64,000 nucleotides of DNA from Sulfurospirillaceae bacterium (GCA_033723415.1 JAWVXD010000006.1:32001-96000), one strand, 5' to 3'. Shown: positions 9,729-19,346, counted from the first letter of the stretch. Notes: generated by a model from the letters alone, not told the origin. Program-made: numbers and translations.

Positions 9729-11050
9729 ATTATCTCCTTAACGCTTTTAACAAAAGAGTCGATTTGAGCTTTTGTTCTTTTTTCTGTCACACTGATCAGT
9801 ACTCTGTTTTCAAAATTATCATATAGAGTATCCAGTTTTAAACCTGCAAAAAATCCTTTTTCACTCATCTTGTTCAAAAACTGTTCTGAACTCATCGGCA
9901 ATTCGACAACAAATTCGTTAAATGTCGGATTTTGGTTATAGATCTTGATATTTTTGATTTTTGCCAATTCGTCTCTCAAGTAGTTTGCTTTATTGTAATT
10001 TTGCAATGCTAATTTTCCAAAACCGTCTTTGCCTAAAAGAGACAAAAAGATCGTGGCACGAAGCGCCATAAGGTTTTGATTACTACAGATATTTGAAGTC
10101 GCCTTATCGCGTCTGATGTGTTGCTCTCTGGCTTGAAGTGTCAGGACATATGCTCTTTTCCCATTCATATCATCCGTCAGACCGACGATTCGACCCGGTA
10201 AGTTTCTTATATATTTTTCTTTTGTTGCCAAGATCCCAAAAGAAGGTCCGCCAAATCCCAAATAATTCCCAAGACTTTGCCCATCACCACAGTAAATATC
10301 TGCACCGATCTCACCCGGAGTCTTAATAAGTCCTAATGCTATCGGATATGAGCTCATAATCGCCAAAGACGACGCCTCATGCAGTTCGTTTATGATATTG
10401 CTATAATCTTCGATCGAACCAAAAAAGTTTGGATTTTGAAATATATATCCGGCAACGTCTTCATCGATCATGCTTTTATTCATAGACGATTTATCGCCTT
10501 TTGCTTCTAAACATACGACTTCCAAGTCATGATAAGCCAGATATGTTTTTACTATATTTGCGTATATCGGATTGACCCCGCTGTCTATAAGTATCTTCTT
10601 TTTCCTTGTTATACGTACCGCCATCAAAGCAGCTTCTGCCATAGCGGTTCCACCATCATACATCGAAGCGTTCGTTGCTTCCATTCCGGTTAGATTACAG
10701 ATCATCGTTTGATATTCGTATAGAGCTTGAAGCGTACCTTGCGATGCCTCTGCTTGATACGGTGTATAAGCAGTGTAAAATTCTGATCTCCCGGATAACG
10801 CATCTACGGCTGTCGGGATTATATGATCATAATATCCTCCACCCAAAAAGCAAACTTTTGAAGTATCATTTTTGGCTGATATTGCCTTAAATTCTTCATA
10901 TACTTCAAACTCGCTTTTTCCCTCTTCTATATTAAAGCTTTTTGCGCGAAGAGCGGTTGGAATCGAAGCAAACAGCTCTGATTCATCTTTGATCCCTATC
11001 TGGGAAAGCATTTTCTCTATGTCGTTTTTTGTGTGAGGAGTATAAGGCAT
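9725..11050 (-). CDS. gcvPA: Glycine dehydrogenase (decarboxylating) subunit 1
   Basis: EFYTAYTPYQAEASQGTLQ, NASMYDG, LTLQAREQHIRRDKATSNICSNQ. Confidence 0.96.
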   Translation of the reverse strand: MPYTPHTKNDIEKMLSQIGIKDESELFASIPTALRAKSFNIEEGKSEFEVYEEFKAISAKNDTSKVCFLGGGYYDHIIPTAVDALSGRSEFYTAYTPYQAEASQGTLQALYEYQTMICNLTGMEATNASMYDGGTAMAEAALMAVRITRKKKILIDSGVNPIYANIVKTYLAYHDLEVVCLEAKGDKSSMNKSMIDEDVAGYIFQNPNFFGSIEDYSNIINELHEASSLAIMSSYPIALGLIKTPGEIGADIYCGDGQSLGNYLGFGGPSFGILATKEKYIRNLPGRIVGLTDDMNGKRAYVLTLQAREQHIRRDKATSNICSNQNLMALRATIFLSLLGKDGFGKLALQNYNKANYLRDELAKIKNIKIYNQNPTFNEFVVELPMSSEQFLNKMSEKGFFAGLKLDTLYDNFENRVLISVTEKRTKAQIDSFVKSVKEII

Positions 11051-11059
11051 ATCGTCTCT

Positions 11060-11425
11060 CTAAAGTGTTTCTATGAAAGCTTGATAAGCGGCTTCATCCA
11101 TAAGCGCGTCAAATTCTAAGGCATCGCTTACCTTTATCTTCATGATCCAAGTATCTTCAGCTGCTTCGTTTAAAAGCTCCGGTGCACTTTCCAATTCTTC
11201 ATTGACGGCGATCACTTCACCGCTTAGCGGCAGATATATATCACTTGCAGCTTTTACAGATTCTATAAACGCAATGCTATCGTCTTTAGCAGCACTCTTA
11301 CCTATCTCAGGAAGTTCGACAAAAGTAATATCTCCTAGTTGATCCACTGCATATTTTGACAAACCGATAGTCGCTTCATCGCCTTGTATTGTTGCCCATT
11401 CGTGTTCGATACTGTATCTTTTCAT
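11060..11425 (-). CDS. gcvH: Glycine cleavage system H protein
   Basis: HEW, LGDITFVELP, lipoyl-lysine motif ESVKAASDIY. Confidence 0.96.
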   Translation of the reverse strand: MKRYSIEHEWATIQGDEATIGLSKYAVDQLGDITFVELPEIGKSAAKDDSIAFIESVKAASDIYLPLSGEVIAVNEELESAPELLNEAAEDTWIMKIKVSDALEFDALMDEAAYQAFIETL

Positions 11426-11451
11426 TTATTACTCCATATATAGTTTATTTA

Positions 11452-12519
11452 TTATTTATAAAAAGGAAGTGTCGCTTTGTATATTTTCACCATTCCTCTT
11501 TCATTTTTTAATTCCAGGTCATCTTCTTCCCTATAAAGGGCACTGTCTACTAACCCAAGTCCTATGCCTTCACCAACAGAAGGTGAAAATGTACCACTAG
11601 TCACCACTCCGATCTTCTCTCCTCGTTGAAAGATTTCAAATCCATGCCTTGGCGCTCTTTTTGACTTGGTTGTGAAGGCTATGATCTTTCTAGGTATACC
11701 GTTTGCTTTTTGTTCTTCCAAAGCAGCTCTTCCTGTGAAGTTCTTATCAAATTTCACAAATGATTCTAAGCTTGCTTCAAGAGGAGTGATACTTTCATCA
11801 AGCTCATTACCGTATAAGCTATATCCCTTCTCAAGTCTTAAAACATCTCTTGCTCCAAGTCCGGCAGGAGTTGCACCAAGACTTACAAGTTTATCCCAAA
11901 GAAGAGGTGCTGTTTTGTTGTCTATGTAAAGTTCATATCCAAGTTCGCCCGTATAACCTGTTCGGCTGACAATCGCACTGGAATCAAGTAAAGTAGTCTC
12001 TTTAAAACCAAAATATTTTAGTTCATCTAAATCAAAAGGCGTTATGAGTTGTAGTATTTCTTTGGATTTTGGTCCTTGTATATCTATCTTGGAAGTTACA
12101 TTTGATCTGTCTTCAAATGTACCGCTTTTTATGTGTGATTGTATCTGTTTGAAATCTACATCTATTCTAGCGGCATTTACTACGAACATGAGACGATTTT
12201 CACTGAGTTTATAGACGATAAGATCATCTATTACCCCGCCCTTTTCATTTAACAAAAAACCATATTTGCATTTACCCACAGGCAGTTTTGCAAAATCAGT
12301 CGTAGCTGCAACGTTAACTCCGCTATTTTCGATATCTCCCTCATAAAAAAACTCTCCCATATGAGATATATCGAAAAGAGCTGCAGCATTTCTACAAGCA
12401 TCATGCTCTTTTATGATACCTTCATACTGTACAGGCATCTCCCAACCACAAAATCCTATACTTTTAGCATTTAACTGCTGATGTTTTTCAAACAAAACAG
12501 TTCTGTTTAGTTCATCCAT
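11452..12519 (-). CDS. gcvT: Aminomethyltransferase (glycine cleavage T protein)
   Basis: GWEMPVQY, LFDISHMGE, SRTGYTGELGYE, GLGARDVLRLE. Confidence 0.96.
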   Translation of the reverse strand: MDELNRTVLFEKHQQLNAKSIGFCGWEMPVQYEGIIKEHDACRNAAALFDISHMGEFFYEGDIENSGVNVAATTDFAKLPVGKCKYGFLLNEKGGVIDDLIVYKLSENRLMFVVNAARIDVDFKQIQSHIKSGTFEDRSNVTSKIDIQGPKSKEILQLITPFDLDELKYFGFKETTLLDSSAIVSRTGYTGELGYELYIDNKTAPLLWDKLVSLGATPAGLGARDVLRLEKGYSLYGNELDESITPLEASLESFVKFDKNFTGRAALEEQKANGIPRKIIAFTTKSKRAPRHGFEIFQRGEKIGVVTSGTFSPSVGEGIGLGLVDSALYREEDDLELKNERGMVKIYKATLPFYK

Positions 12520-12672
12520 ATTTACTCTTTTTGTTGAATTTTAAAATGTTTAGATTATGGCAGAAATTATATTTGAAAATTATAAAAGTTGATGTAATTT
12601 TGTGTTTATTATTTACTCAATCACCATAAATATATAACAAAAATCACATCAAACTGTTTTTATTTGTTAGAT

Positions 12673-13782
12673 TTATAATTCATTCAAAACTTCTGAAAGT
12701 TTTTTGGCTATAACTTGATAATTTCTTACTTCTAGAAGTCTTTTTTGTCCTAACTCTCCCATTTCTCTAATTTTATCTTTAGGAATATCTATGATTTTTT
12801 CCAAATTTTCAGAAATTGATTTTACATTAAAATCACAAAGCCAAGCATTTATCCCATTTTCAAAGATCGAACTGTTCTGTTTATTGTTTGACATAAGAGA
12901 AGGTATACCGCCGGTATAATAATCCATGATCTTTAAATGCACAGAAGTCTTAAATATATCTATATCCGGTAAAAGTGATAATCCGACATCACATTTGGAC
13001 ATCAAATCTAAAAGCTCTTCTTTTGTATTTGCTTTGGAGATATGAACTTTATCTGTAATTGCTGCATAATTTTGTAAACATGACTTGGCATACTCTACAT
13101 CATTTGTTGATATGTTCAATTCCCAGTTGTCTTTTTTAAGTACGTTAAATGCTTCTAAGACCAATTCAAAATTTCTAAGTTTAGTAAGTGTTCCTATATA
13201 GGCAAATACTGTTTTATCATCATCTCTTGCTTCTTTCTTTTGAATTCTATCAGGATCTATGGCTGAAGGGATCGTAAACATTTTAACATTAACATCAGGA
13301 TAGTAAACTTCTTGCATCTCTTTTGAGGTCGGTAAAAAGATATCGCATCTATTGATCATTTTCGCTTTTATATAAGTCTTTACTTTATGATCTACTACTT
13401 GTATCAAGCTTGATCTATTTTCAGCTTTTGCTCTCTCTAGCGATGCTGAAACTTTCGGGAAAGAGAGTCTGAACCCGACTTTCAAATTGTATTTTTCTTT
13501 TTTATCCAATACATACTCTAAAACATCAAGCATATTTCGCACTATCACACAATCATAACTTGAAACATCTATTCCGCTATCTTCTAAACAAGGGAATAAG
13601 TTCCTTTTTTCAAATTCAGGTATTATCAAATGGTTGTTTTTTCGTCCTATTGTACTCTTAAATTGCGAAAAATATATAATATCTATATTCAGATGAAGAG
13701 GAAGATATTTTTCAAAAAGCGGGCCTATAAAATTATGTTCGGAATACTCTTCTCTGTCTGTAATATATAAAACCTTTTTCAT
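12673..13782 (-). CDS. GT-B fold glycosyltransferase (GT4/group 1-like)
   Basis: GGAGG SD before MKKVLYITD. YIGTLTKLRN, CDVGLS, SVHLKIMDY and ENGINAWL are group 1 GT-like motifs. Confidence 0.75.
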   Translation of the reverse strand: MKKVLYITDREEYSEHNFIGPLFEKYLPLHLNIDIIYFSQFKSTIGRKNNHLIIPEFEKRNLFPCLEDSGIDVSSYDCVIVRNMLDVLEYVLDKKEKYNLKVGFRLSFPKVSASLERAKAENRSSLIQVVDHKVKTYIKAKMINRCDIFLPTSKEMQEVYYPDVNVKMFTIPSAIDPDRIQKKEARDDDKTVFAYIGTLTKLRNFELVLEAFNVLKKDNWELNISTNDVEYAKSCLQNYAAITDKVHISKANTKEELLDLMSKCDVGLSLLPDIDIFKTSVHLKIMDYYTGGIPSLMSNNKQNSSIFENGINAWLCDFNVKSISENLEKIIDIPKDKIREMGELGQKRLLEVRNYQVIAKKLSEVLNEL

Positions 13783-13877
13783 TGTTACAACCTCCATAAA
13801 CTTTATTTTAAGAGCCCATGACAACATAGGCAATTATCATATTGTAACAAAAAAAATAAATTTTAATTCATCTTGAG

Positions 13878-13907
13878 ATAAAAATCACTAAAATAAAAAT
13901 CACTAAA
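13878..13907. repeat. 15-bp tandem direct repeat (2 copies) in a divergent intergenic region
   Basis: ataaaaatcactaaa at 13878-13892 and 13893-13907. Confidence 0.8.
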
Positions 13908-13994
13908 ATCCTTTTTTACACACTAATGTCAATTTTATAAAACAAAAAAAATAGTACAATATCTTTTTTAAACAAAAATCACGAAGGAACTAGC

Positions 13995-14369
13995 ATGGAA
14001 AACAAGATTTATGAAGATGATCTGATCTATATAGAATTCGAGAAATCTGAAATTCCATGGCTTAAGATCTTTCCAATAAAAAAAGTAAAAGAGTTGAGCG
14101 AATGTGATGACATGACAAGAAAAAAACTATTTGATGTCATGTTACTTATAGAAAGACAGATGCTCCTTTATTATAATCCGACAAAGATAAATATCGCTTC
14201 TTTTGGAAACTATCTTCCGCATCTTCACATCCATGTCATGGCACGATTTGCTGAAGATTCTTATTTCCCCGAACCGATGTGGGGCAAGAAACAAAGAGAA
14301 GCGAGACTAAATTTACCGGATTTTGAAACATTTAAGCAACGACTTTTGAAACAGTTGCCCCTTTTGTAA
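13995..14369 (+). CDS. HIT family hydrolase
   Basis: KINIASFGNYLPHLHIHV histidine triad; AAGGA SD. Confidence 0.9.
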   Translation: MENKIYEDDLIYIEFEKSEIPWLKIFPIKKVKELSECDDMTRKKLFDVMLLIERQMLLYYNPTKINIASFGNYLPHLHIHVMARFAEDSYFPEPMWGKKQREARLNLPDFETFKQRLLKQLPLL

Positions 14370-14787
14370 TCTCACCGCCTTTAATGATCTTGCAATATAA
14401 TCCTCTGTGATTCTTTATGAGTTTCGGTAATTTTGCACCAAATACGCTTAAGTGATTGCAAAGTGTGCATTTTTGAGTTATTTCTATGATAGTATCTCCT
14501 ACTTGAAGTAAGACTCCTACTTCAAGCTCATGAGGGTCAAAATCAAACAGTATATTTTCTCCAAAGCTCCCGTTCTTTAAAGACATACCATTTTCAAAAG
14601 CTATGTCATATGATCTTTGTCCGATGATCATAACTGTTTTCTCTAGATCATCTCCTGCAAACTTATCATGTTCAATACCGTATCCTTCGATAAGTGTCAG
14701 CTTTTCTACTATAGGTCTAGGAAGACCGCTTGAGTTTATATCGGCGCTAAATACATCTTTAACTATGCCAAGTTTTTTTTCTTCCAA
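14332..14787 (-). CDS. MOSC domain protein
   Basis: GIEHD, GSFGENI, VGDTIIEITQKCTLC, RGLYCKIIKGGEI; TTG start. Confidence 0.85.
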   Translation of the reverse strand: MEEKKLGIVKDVFSADINSSGLPRPIVEKLTLIEGYGIEHDKFAGDDLEKTVMIIGQRSYDIAFENGMSLKNGSFGENILFDFDPHELEVGVLLQVGDTIIEITQKCTLCNHLSVFGAKLPKLIKNHRGLYCKIIKGGEITKGATVSKVVA

Positions 14788-14952
14788 GACTTCACCCTTA
14801 AATTATAACTTTGAAATCATTATAGCAAATTTGTTTTAAAATATTTAAATCTTACACTTCATGACTAATAGAATTACTTTATTTTTTTTAAGCACTATAC
14901 TATGAAACTTTGCTACAATATTGCTGAAAAAAAAATTACTTGGAGGCAATTA

Positions 14953-16545
14953 ATGAGAAAAGTACTTGTTATGGCTTTGTTACTTTTAACAACCATAGTA
15001 TATGCTGCACCTAGATATGGTGGCACTCTTGTATTTGGTAGAGGAGGAGATACTTCTACTATAGATCCTGGACATTCGACTGACGGTGAGAGCTTTTATG
15101 CTTCAACTCAGGTATATGACAATCTTGTCCAGTTTAAATACGGTACTACACAAATCGTACCTGGTCTTGCTAAATCTTGGGATATTTCCAAAGATGGACT
15201 TACATATACATTTCATCTAAGACATGGTGTATATTTCCATCCTACAAAATTTTTCAAGAAGAAAGTTGAATTTACTGCTGATGACGTAGTATTCTCACTA
15301 AAGCGACAATTTGACAAAAAAAATCCTTTCTATAAAGTCGGTGGATCTTATGAATATTGGTCTGCTATGGATATGGACAATATAGTCAAAGATGTTGTCA
15401 AAGTCGATAAATACACAGTAAAAATTTTACTAAAGAAAAGAGAAGCTCCTTTTATAGCCAATATGGCGATGGACTTTGCTTCTATTCTTTGTAAATCATT
15501 TGCATATGATCTTCTTAAAAAAGGAAAAGCCGGAGATCTAAACCGTCTTGCCGTAGGAACAGGACCTTTTTATCTTATCAAATGGATAAAAGACGATCGT
15601 ATCATATTTGGCGCAAATAAAAACTACTGGGGAGGAAAACCTTATATCAATAAATTGATCCTCAAAGTAATTCCTAATAACTCTGTTCGTGCAGCTGAGT
15701 TAAAAACTGGTTCGATCCAGATAATGGACTTCCCAAATCCTGAAGAAGTTTCAACTTTACGAAAAAATCCAAAACTTAAAATCGTAGAACAAGAGGGACT
15801 TAATGTCGGTTATTTGGCAATGAATGTTGATAAAAAACCTTTTAACGATGTCAGAGTTCGTAAAGCTGTAAATTATGCTATAAATAAAGCAGCAATCGTA
15901 AAAGCGATCTATGCAGGTCTTGGAAAAGTTGCGAAAAATCCAATCCCACCGACTATGTGGAGCTACAATAACAAGATCAAAGATTATACATACGATCCTG
16001 CAAAAGCAAAAGAGCTCTTAAAAGAAGCAGGTCTTCCAAACGGTTTTGAAACAACACTTTGGGCTATGCCTGTACCTCGTCCTTACAATCCAAACGGAAG
16101 AAAAGTAGCTGAAGCGATGCAATCTGATCTTGCAAAAGTCGGTATAAAAGTTAAAATTGTAAGTTATGACTGGGGTACATATCTTCAAAAAACCAAAATG
16201 GGCGAACATGATATGGCGCTTCTTGGTTGGACTGGAGATAACGGAGATCCGGATAACTTCCTATTCACCCTTCTTAGTAAAGCAGCTGCAAACAAGCCTG
16301 CATCTAACATTGCATTTTGGAAAAATGACAAATTCGATAAGCTTGTAACAGAAGCAAAAGAAACTGCAAATATTGCAAAAAGAACTGAACTTTACAAAGA
16401 AGCTCAAGTTGTTTTTCATGACCAAGCTCCTTGGGTAACACTTGCAAACTCTATTGTTGTAGAACCAATGTCTAAAAAAGTCCACGGATTCAAACTTGAT
16501 CCGGTCGGAAAAAGAAGATTCAATACTGTTTGGTTATCTAAATAG
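14953..16545 (+). CDS. dppA: Dipeptide/oligopeptide ABC transporter substrate-binding protein
   Basis: GGAGG SD and signal peptide. PGLAKSWDISKDGLTYTFHLR, GTGPF, WAMPVPRPYNPNG, GWTGDNGDPDNF. Confidence 0.92.
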   Translation: MRKVLVMALLLLTTIVYAAPRYGGTLVFGRGGDTSTIDPGHSTDGESFYASTQVYDNLVQFKYGTTQIVPGLAKSWDISKDGLTYTFHLRHGVYFHPTKFFKKKVEFTADDVVFSLKRQFDKKNPFYKVGGSYEYWSAMDMDNIVKDVVKVDKYTVKILLKKREAPFIANMAMDFASILCKSFAYDLLKKGKAGDLNRLAVGTGPFYLIKWIKDDRIIFGANKNYWGGKPYINKLILKVIPNNSVRAAELKTGSIQIMDFPNPEEVSTLRKNPKLKIVEQEGLNVGYLAMNVDKKPFNDVRVRKAVNYAINKAAIVKAIYAGLGKVAKNPIPPTMWSYNNKIKDYTYDPAKAKELLKEAGLPNGFETTLWAMPVPRPYNPNGRKVAEAMQSDLAKVGIKVKIVSYDWGTYLQKTKMGEHDMALLGWTGDNGDPDNFLFTLLSKAAANKPASNIAFWKNDKFDKLVTEAKETANIAKRTELYKEAQVVFHDQAPWVTLANSIVVEPMSKKVHGFKLDPVGKRRFNTVWLSK

Positions 16546-16558
16546 TCTTTTCTTAACA

Positions 16559-16586
16559 ATGTCGGCATCATTTTTGATGCCGACAT
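16559..16586 (+). terminator. Intra-operon hairpin after dppA (terminator or mRNA stabiliser)
   Basis: Perfect 12-bp stem atgtcggcatca / tgatgccgacat with a 4-nt loop. Confidence 0.7.
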
Positions 16587-16612
16587 AAACCACTACAATA
16601 ATAGGAGTTCCT

Positions 16613-17617
16613 TTGTTCAGTTATATTATAAAGCGCCTTTTATGGTCTGTTCCGACTCTTTTTGGCGTTTCACTACTTGTATTTTTTATGATTCATCTAA
16701 GCCCTGGGGACCCTGCTATCATGCTTCTTGGAGATCATGCCAACCAAGCATCCGTCGAAAAAGTCCGCAAAGAGATGGGTTTTGATAAGCCATTATATAT
16801 ACAATATTATATTTTTGCAGATAAAGCATTACATGGCGATTTTGGGAATTCACTCAGAACGCAGCAACCTGTCATTGATGAATTTAAAGACCGCTTCCCG
16901 GCCACAGTAGAGTTGGCAAGTGTTGCGATGATCTTGGCCATTATTTTTGGTATAGGTGCGGGAGTCGTATCTGCCATAAAACGTTACTCTATATTTGATT
17001 ATTCGAGTATGTTTGTAGCACTTGCCGGAGTTTCGATGCCGGTTTTTTGGCTAGGACTGATCATGATCTATTTTTTCTCGGTCAAATTAGGATGGCTCCC
17101 GGTTTCCGGACGACTAGGCTATGAATTTGATGTCGATAACGTCACCGGATTTTATCTCATCGATACTCTTTTAGCTCATGATGTTCCGGCTTTTTGGGAT
17201 GCTTTAAAACATCTCATCCTTCCGGCAATTGCACTGGGTACCATCCCTATGGCGATCATCGCCAGAATGACAAGATCTGCTATGATCGAGGTCATGAAAG
17301 AAGATTATATAAGAACTGCAAAAGCAAAAGGATGCTCGACCTTTTCGGTTATCTTCGTACACGCCCTAAGAAATGCCATGATGCCTGTCATCACTGTTAT
17401 CGGATTAATGCTAGGGACGTTGTTTGCAGGTGCTATTCTAACGGAGACGACATTTTCATGGCCCGGAATCGGCAAATGGATCGTCAATGCCGTTTATCAG
17501 CGAGATTTTCCCGTCATACAAGCCGCTACGCTGATTATCGCTACGATGTTTATATTTGTCAATTTATTAGTTGACCTGACTTATGCATTAATAAATCCAA
17601 AAATAAGGCTTAGCTAA
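16613..17617 (+). CDS. dppB: Peptide ABC transporter permease
   Basis: TTG start after AGGAG; PGDPA, RFPATVEL, EDYIRTAKAKG EAA-like loop. Confidence 0.92.
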   Translation: MFSYIIKRLLWSVPTLFGVSLLVFFMIHLSPGDPAIMLLGDHANQASVEKVRKEMGFDKPLYIQYYIFADKALHGDFGNSLRTQQPVIDEFKDRFPATVELASVAMILAIIFGIGAGVVSAIKRYSIFDYSSMFVALAGVSMPVFWLGLIMIYFFSVKLGWLPVSGRLGYEFDVDNVTGFYLIDTLLAHDVPAFWDALKHLILPAIALGTIPMAIIARMTRSAMIEVMKEDYIRTAKAKGCSTFSVIFVHALRNAMMPVITVIGLMLGTLFAGAILTETTFSWPGIGKWIVNAVYQRDFPVIQAATLIIATMFIFVNLLVDLTYALINPKIRLS

Positions 17618-18486
17618 TGGAAACTATTACTATGATTTTGGAATTTATAAAACAGTTTAAGAAAAATAAATCTGCAGTATTTGGATTTTTTATCATCTTA
17701 GTTTTGGTCATATTCGCGATCTTTGCACCACTCATCGCACCGCATGGTCCGATCGATCAAGACCTGGCCAAAAGATTGATACCGCCTCTTTGGGATGAAG
17801 GAGGACATATCTCGCACATTCTTGGAACCGATGATTTTGGAAGAGACCTTTTCTCAAGAATCGTTTACGGGGCTCGTATCTCGATCATGATTGGGGCTAT
17901 TTCTGTAGGAATTTCACTATTTTTCGGCCTCATAATGGGTATATTTTCCGGATATTTCGGCGGTAAAGTCGATACTCTTATTATGCGAATTGTTGATATT
18001 ATGCTGTCTATCCCGGCAATTTTACTTGCAATCGTTATAGTTTCGATACTAGGACCAAGCCTTTTCAATGCCATGATAGCAATAGGAATAGTGGGCATTC
18101 CAACCTATGCCAGGATCGTTCGTGCATCGGTTTTGGGAGAGAGGGAAAAAGAGTATGTTATAGCAAGTAGAGTCAACGGCTCAAGCAATCTAAGACTTAT
18201 GTTTAAAGTTATCCTTCCTAACTGTACCACACCTATAATCGTACAAGCCACTATGGGTTTTGCTTCTGCCGTATTAGAAGCTGCCGGACTTAGCTTTTTG
18301 GGACTTGGTGCACAACCGCCTACTCCGGAATGGGGTGCAATGCTAGCAGACTCCCTCCAATACATAACAACTGCTTCATGGATGATATTTTATCCAGGTC
18401 TTGCAATATTTTTTACCGTTCTTGGTTTCAATCTTGTCGGTGATGGACTTATGGATGTTCTTGATCCAAAGCTAAAGGAGAAATGA
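17617..18486 (+). CDS. dppC: Peptide ABC transporter permease
   Basis: LGTDDFGRDLFSRIVYGARIS, LSFLGLGAQPPTPEWG. Confidence 0.92.
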   Translation: METITMILEFIKQFKKNKSAVFGFFIILVLVIFAIFAPLIAPHGPIDQDLAKRLIPPLWDEGGHISHILGTDDFGRDLFSRIVYGARISIMIGAISVGISLFFGLIMGIFSGYFGGKVDTLIMRIVDIMLSIPAILLAIVIVSILGPSLFNAMIAIGIVGIPTYARIVRASVLGEREKEYVIASRVNGSSNLRLMFKVILPNCTTPIIVQATMGFASAVLEAAGLSFLGLGAQPPTPEWGAMLADSLQYITTASWMIFYPGLAIFFTVLGFNLVGDGLMDVLDPKLKEK

Positions 18487-19346
18487 TGTTGTTGGAAGTA
18501 AAAAATTTAACTACAAAGTTCTACTCTGATCAAGATGTCAATACAGCAGTCGATGACGTCAGCTTTGAAATTGAAGAAGGCAAAACAGTCTGTATAGTAG
18601 GAGAAAGCGGAAGCGGTAAAAGTATCACTTCACTCTCTATACTTCGGCTTATAGACAAACCCGGACGGATAGAAGGCGGAGAGATTATCTTTAAAGGAGT
18701 GGATCTTTTAAAACAAGATATCAAAGATATGAGAAAAATAAGAGGTAAAGAGATCGCTATGATATTTCAGGAGCCTATGACTTCGCTCAATCCTTCTTAT
18801 ACGATCGGTTTTCAGATAGATGAATCCCTTAAACTGCACCAACAAAACCTGAATAAAAAACAGAGATATGAAAAAGTTATCGAAGCATTGGAGCTGGTAA
18901 GTATGCCAAATCCAAGAGATAAATATCACGAATATCCTTTTAAACTGAGCGGTGGACAAAGGCAAAGGGTTATGATAGCTATGGCTATGGCATGTGAACC
19001 TAGTCTGTTGATCGCCGATGAACCGACAACTGCACTTGATGTGACGATACAAGCTCAAGTCTTGGAGTTGATGAGAGAACTTCAAGAAAAAAAAGGTACT
19101 TCGATTCTTTTTATCACACATGATCTAGGGGTCGTGTATGAGATAGCAGATGTTGTCGTGGTCATGTACAAAGGTCATATAGTAGAGAAAGCCAGCGCAA
19201 AAGAGTTGTTCGCTAATCCAAAGCATCCGTATACAAAAGCTCTTTTAAACTCGATTCCAATCCCCGGCAAAGTAAAACGAAAATCTCATCTTGATACAGT
19301 AGATGATGATATTGATTATCTACAATTTCCAAAGGAGATAAGATGA
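18483..19346 (+). CDS. dppD: Peptide ABC transporter ATPase
   Basis: GESGSGKS, LSGGQRQR, IADEPTTALD, HPYT. Confidence 0.92.
   Translation: MMLLEVKNLTTKFYSDQDVNTAVDDVSFEIEEGKTVCIVGESGSGKSITSLSILRLIDKPGRIEGGEIIFKGVDLLKQDIKDMRKIRGKEIAMIFQEPMTSLNPSYTIGFQIDESLKLHQQNLNKKQRYEKVIEALELVSMPNPRDKYHEYPFKLSGGQRQRVMIAMAMACEPSLLIADEPTTALDVTIQAQVLELMRELQEKKGTSILFITHDLGVVYEIADVVVVMYKGHIVEKASAKELFANPKHPYTKALLNSIPIPGKVKRKSHLDTVDDDIDYLQFPKEIR

Noticed and set aside
12520..12672. Glycine riboswitch upstream of gcvT
   Set aside because: The region is extremely AT-rich, lacks GGAGA/CCGAAG/CTCTCAGG-type aptamer motifs, and a -10 lies only about 35 nt from the start.
12673..13833. Phase-variable poly-G/C tract in the glycosyltransferase
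   Set aside because: No G/C homopolymer of contingency-locus length was seen; A/T runs are expected at this base composition.
14902..14952. Extended N-termini in the ORF track (also 973, 1674, 13833, 24334, 26575, 32987, 44755, 62266)
   Set aside because: Downstream starts have better SD sites and match the expected family N-termini; some extensions run over promoter elements or neighbouring genes.
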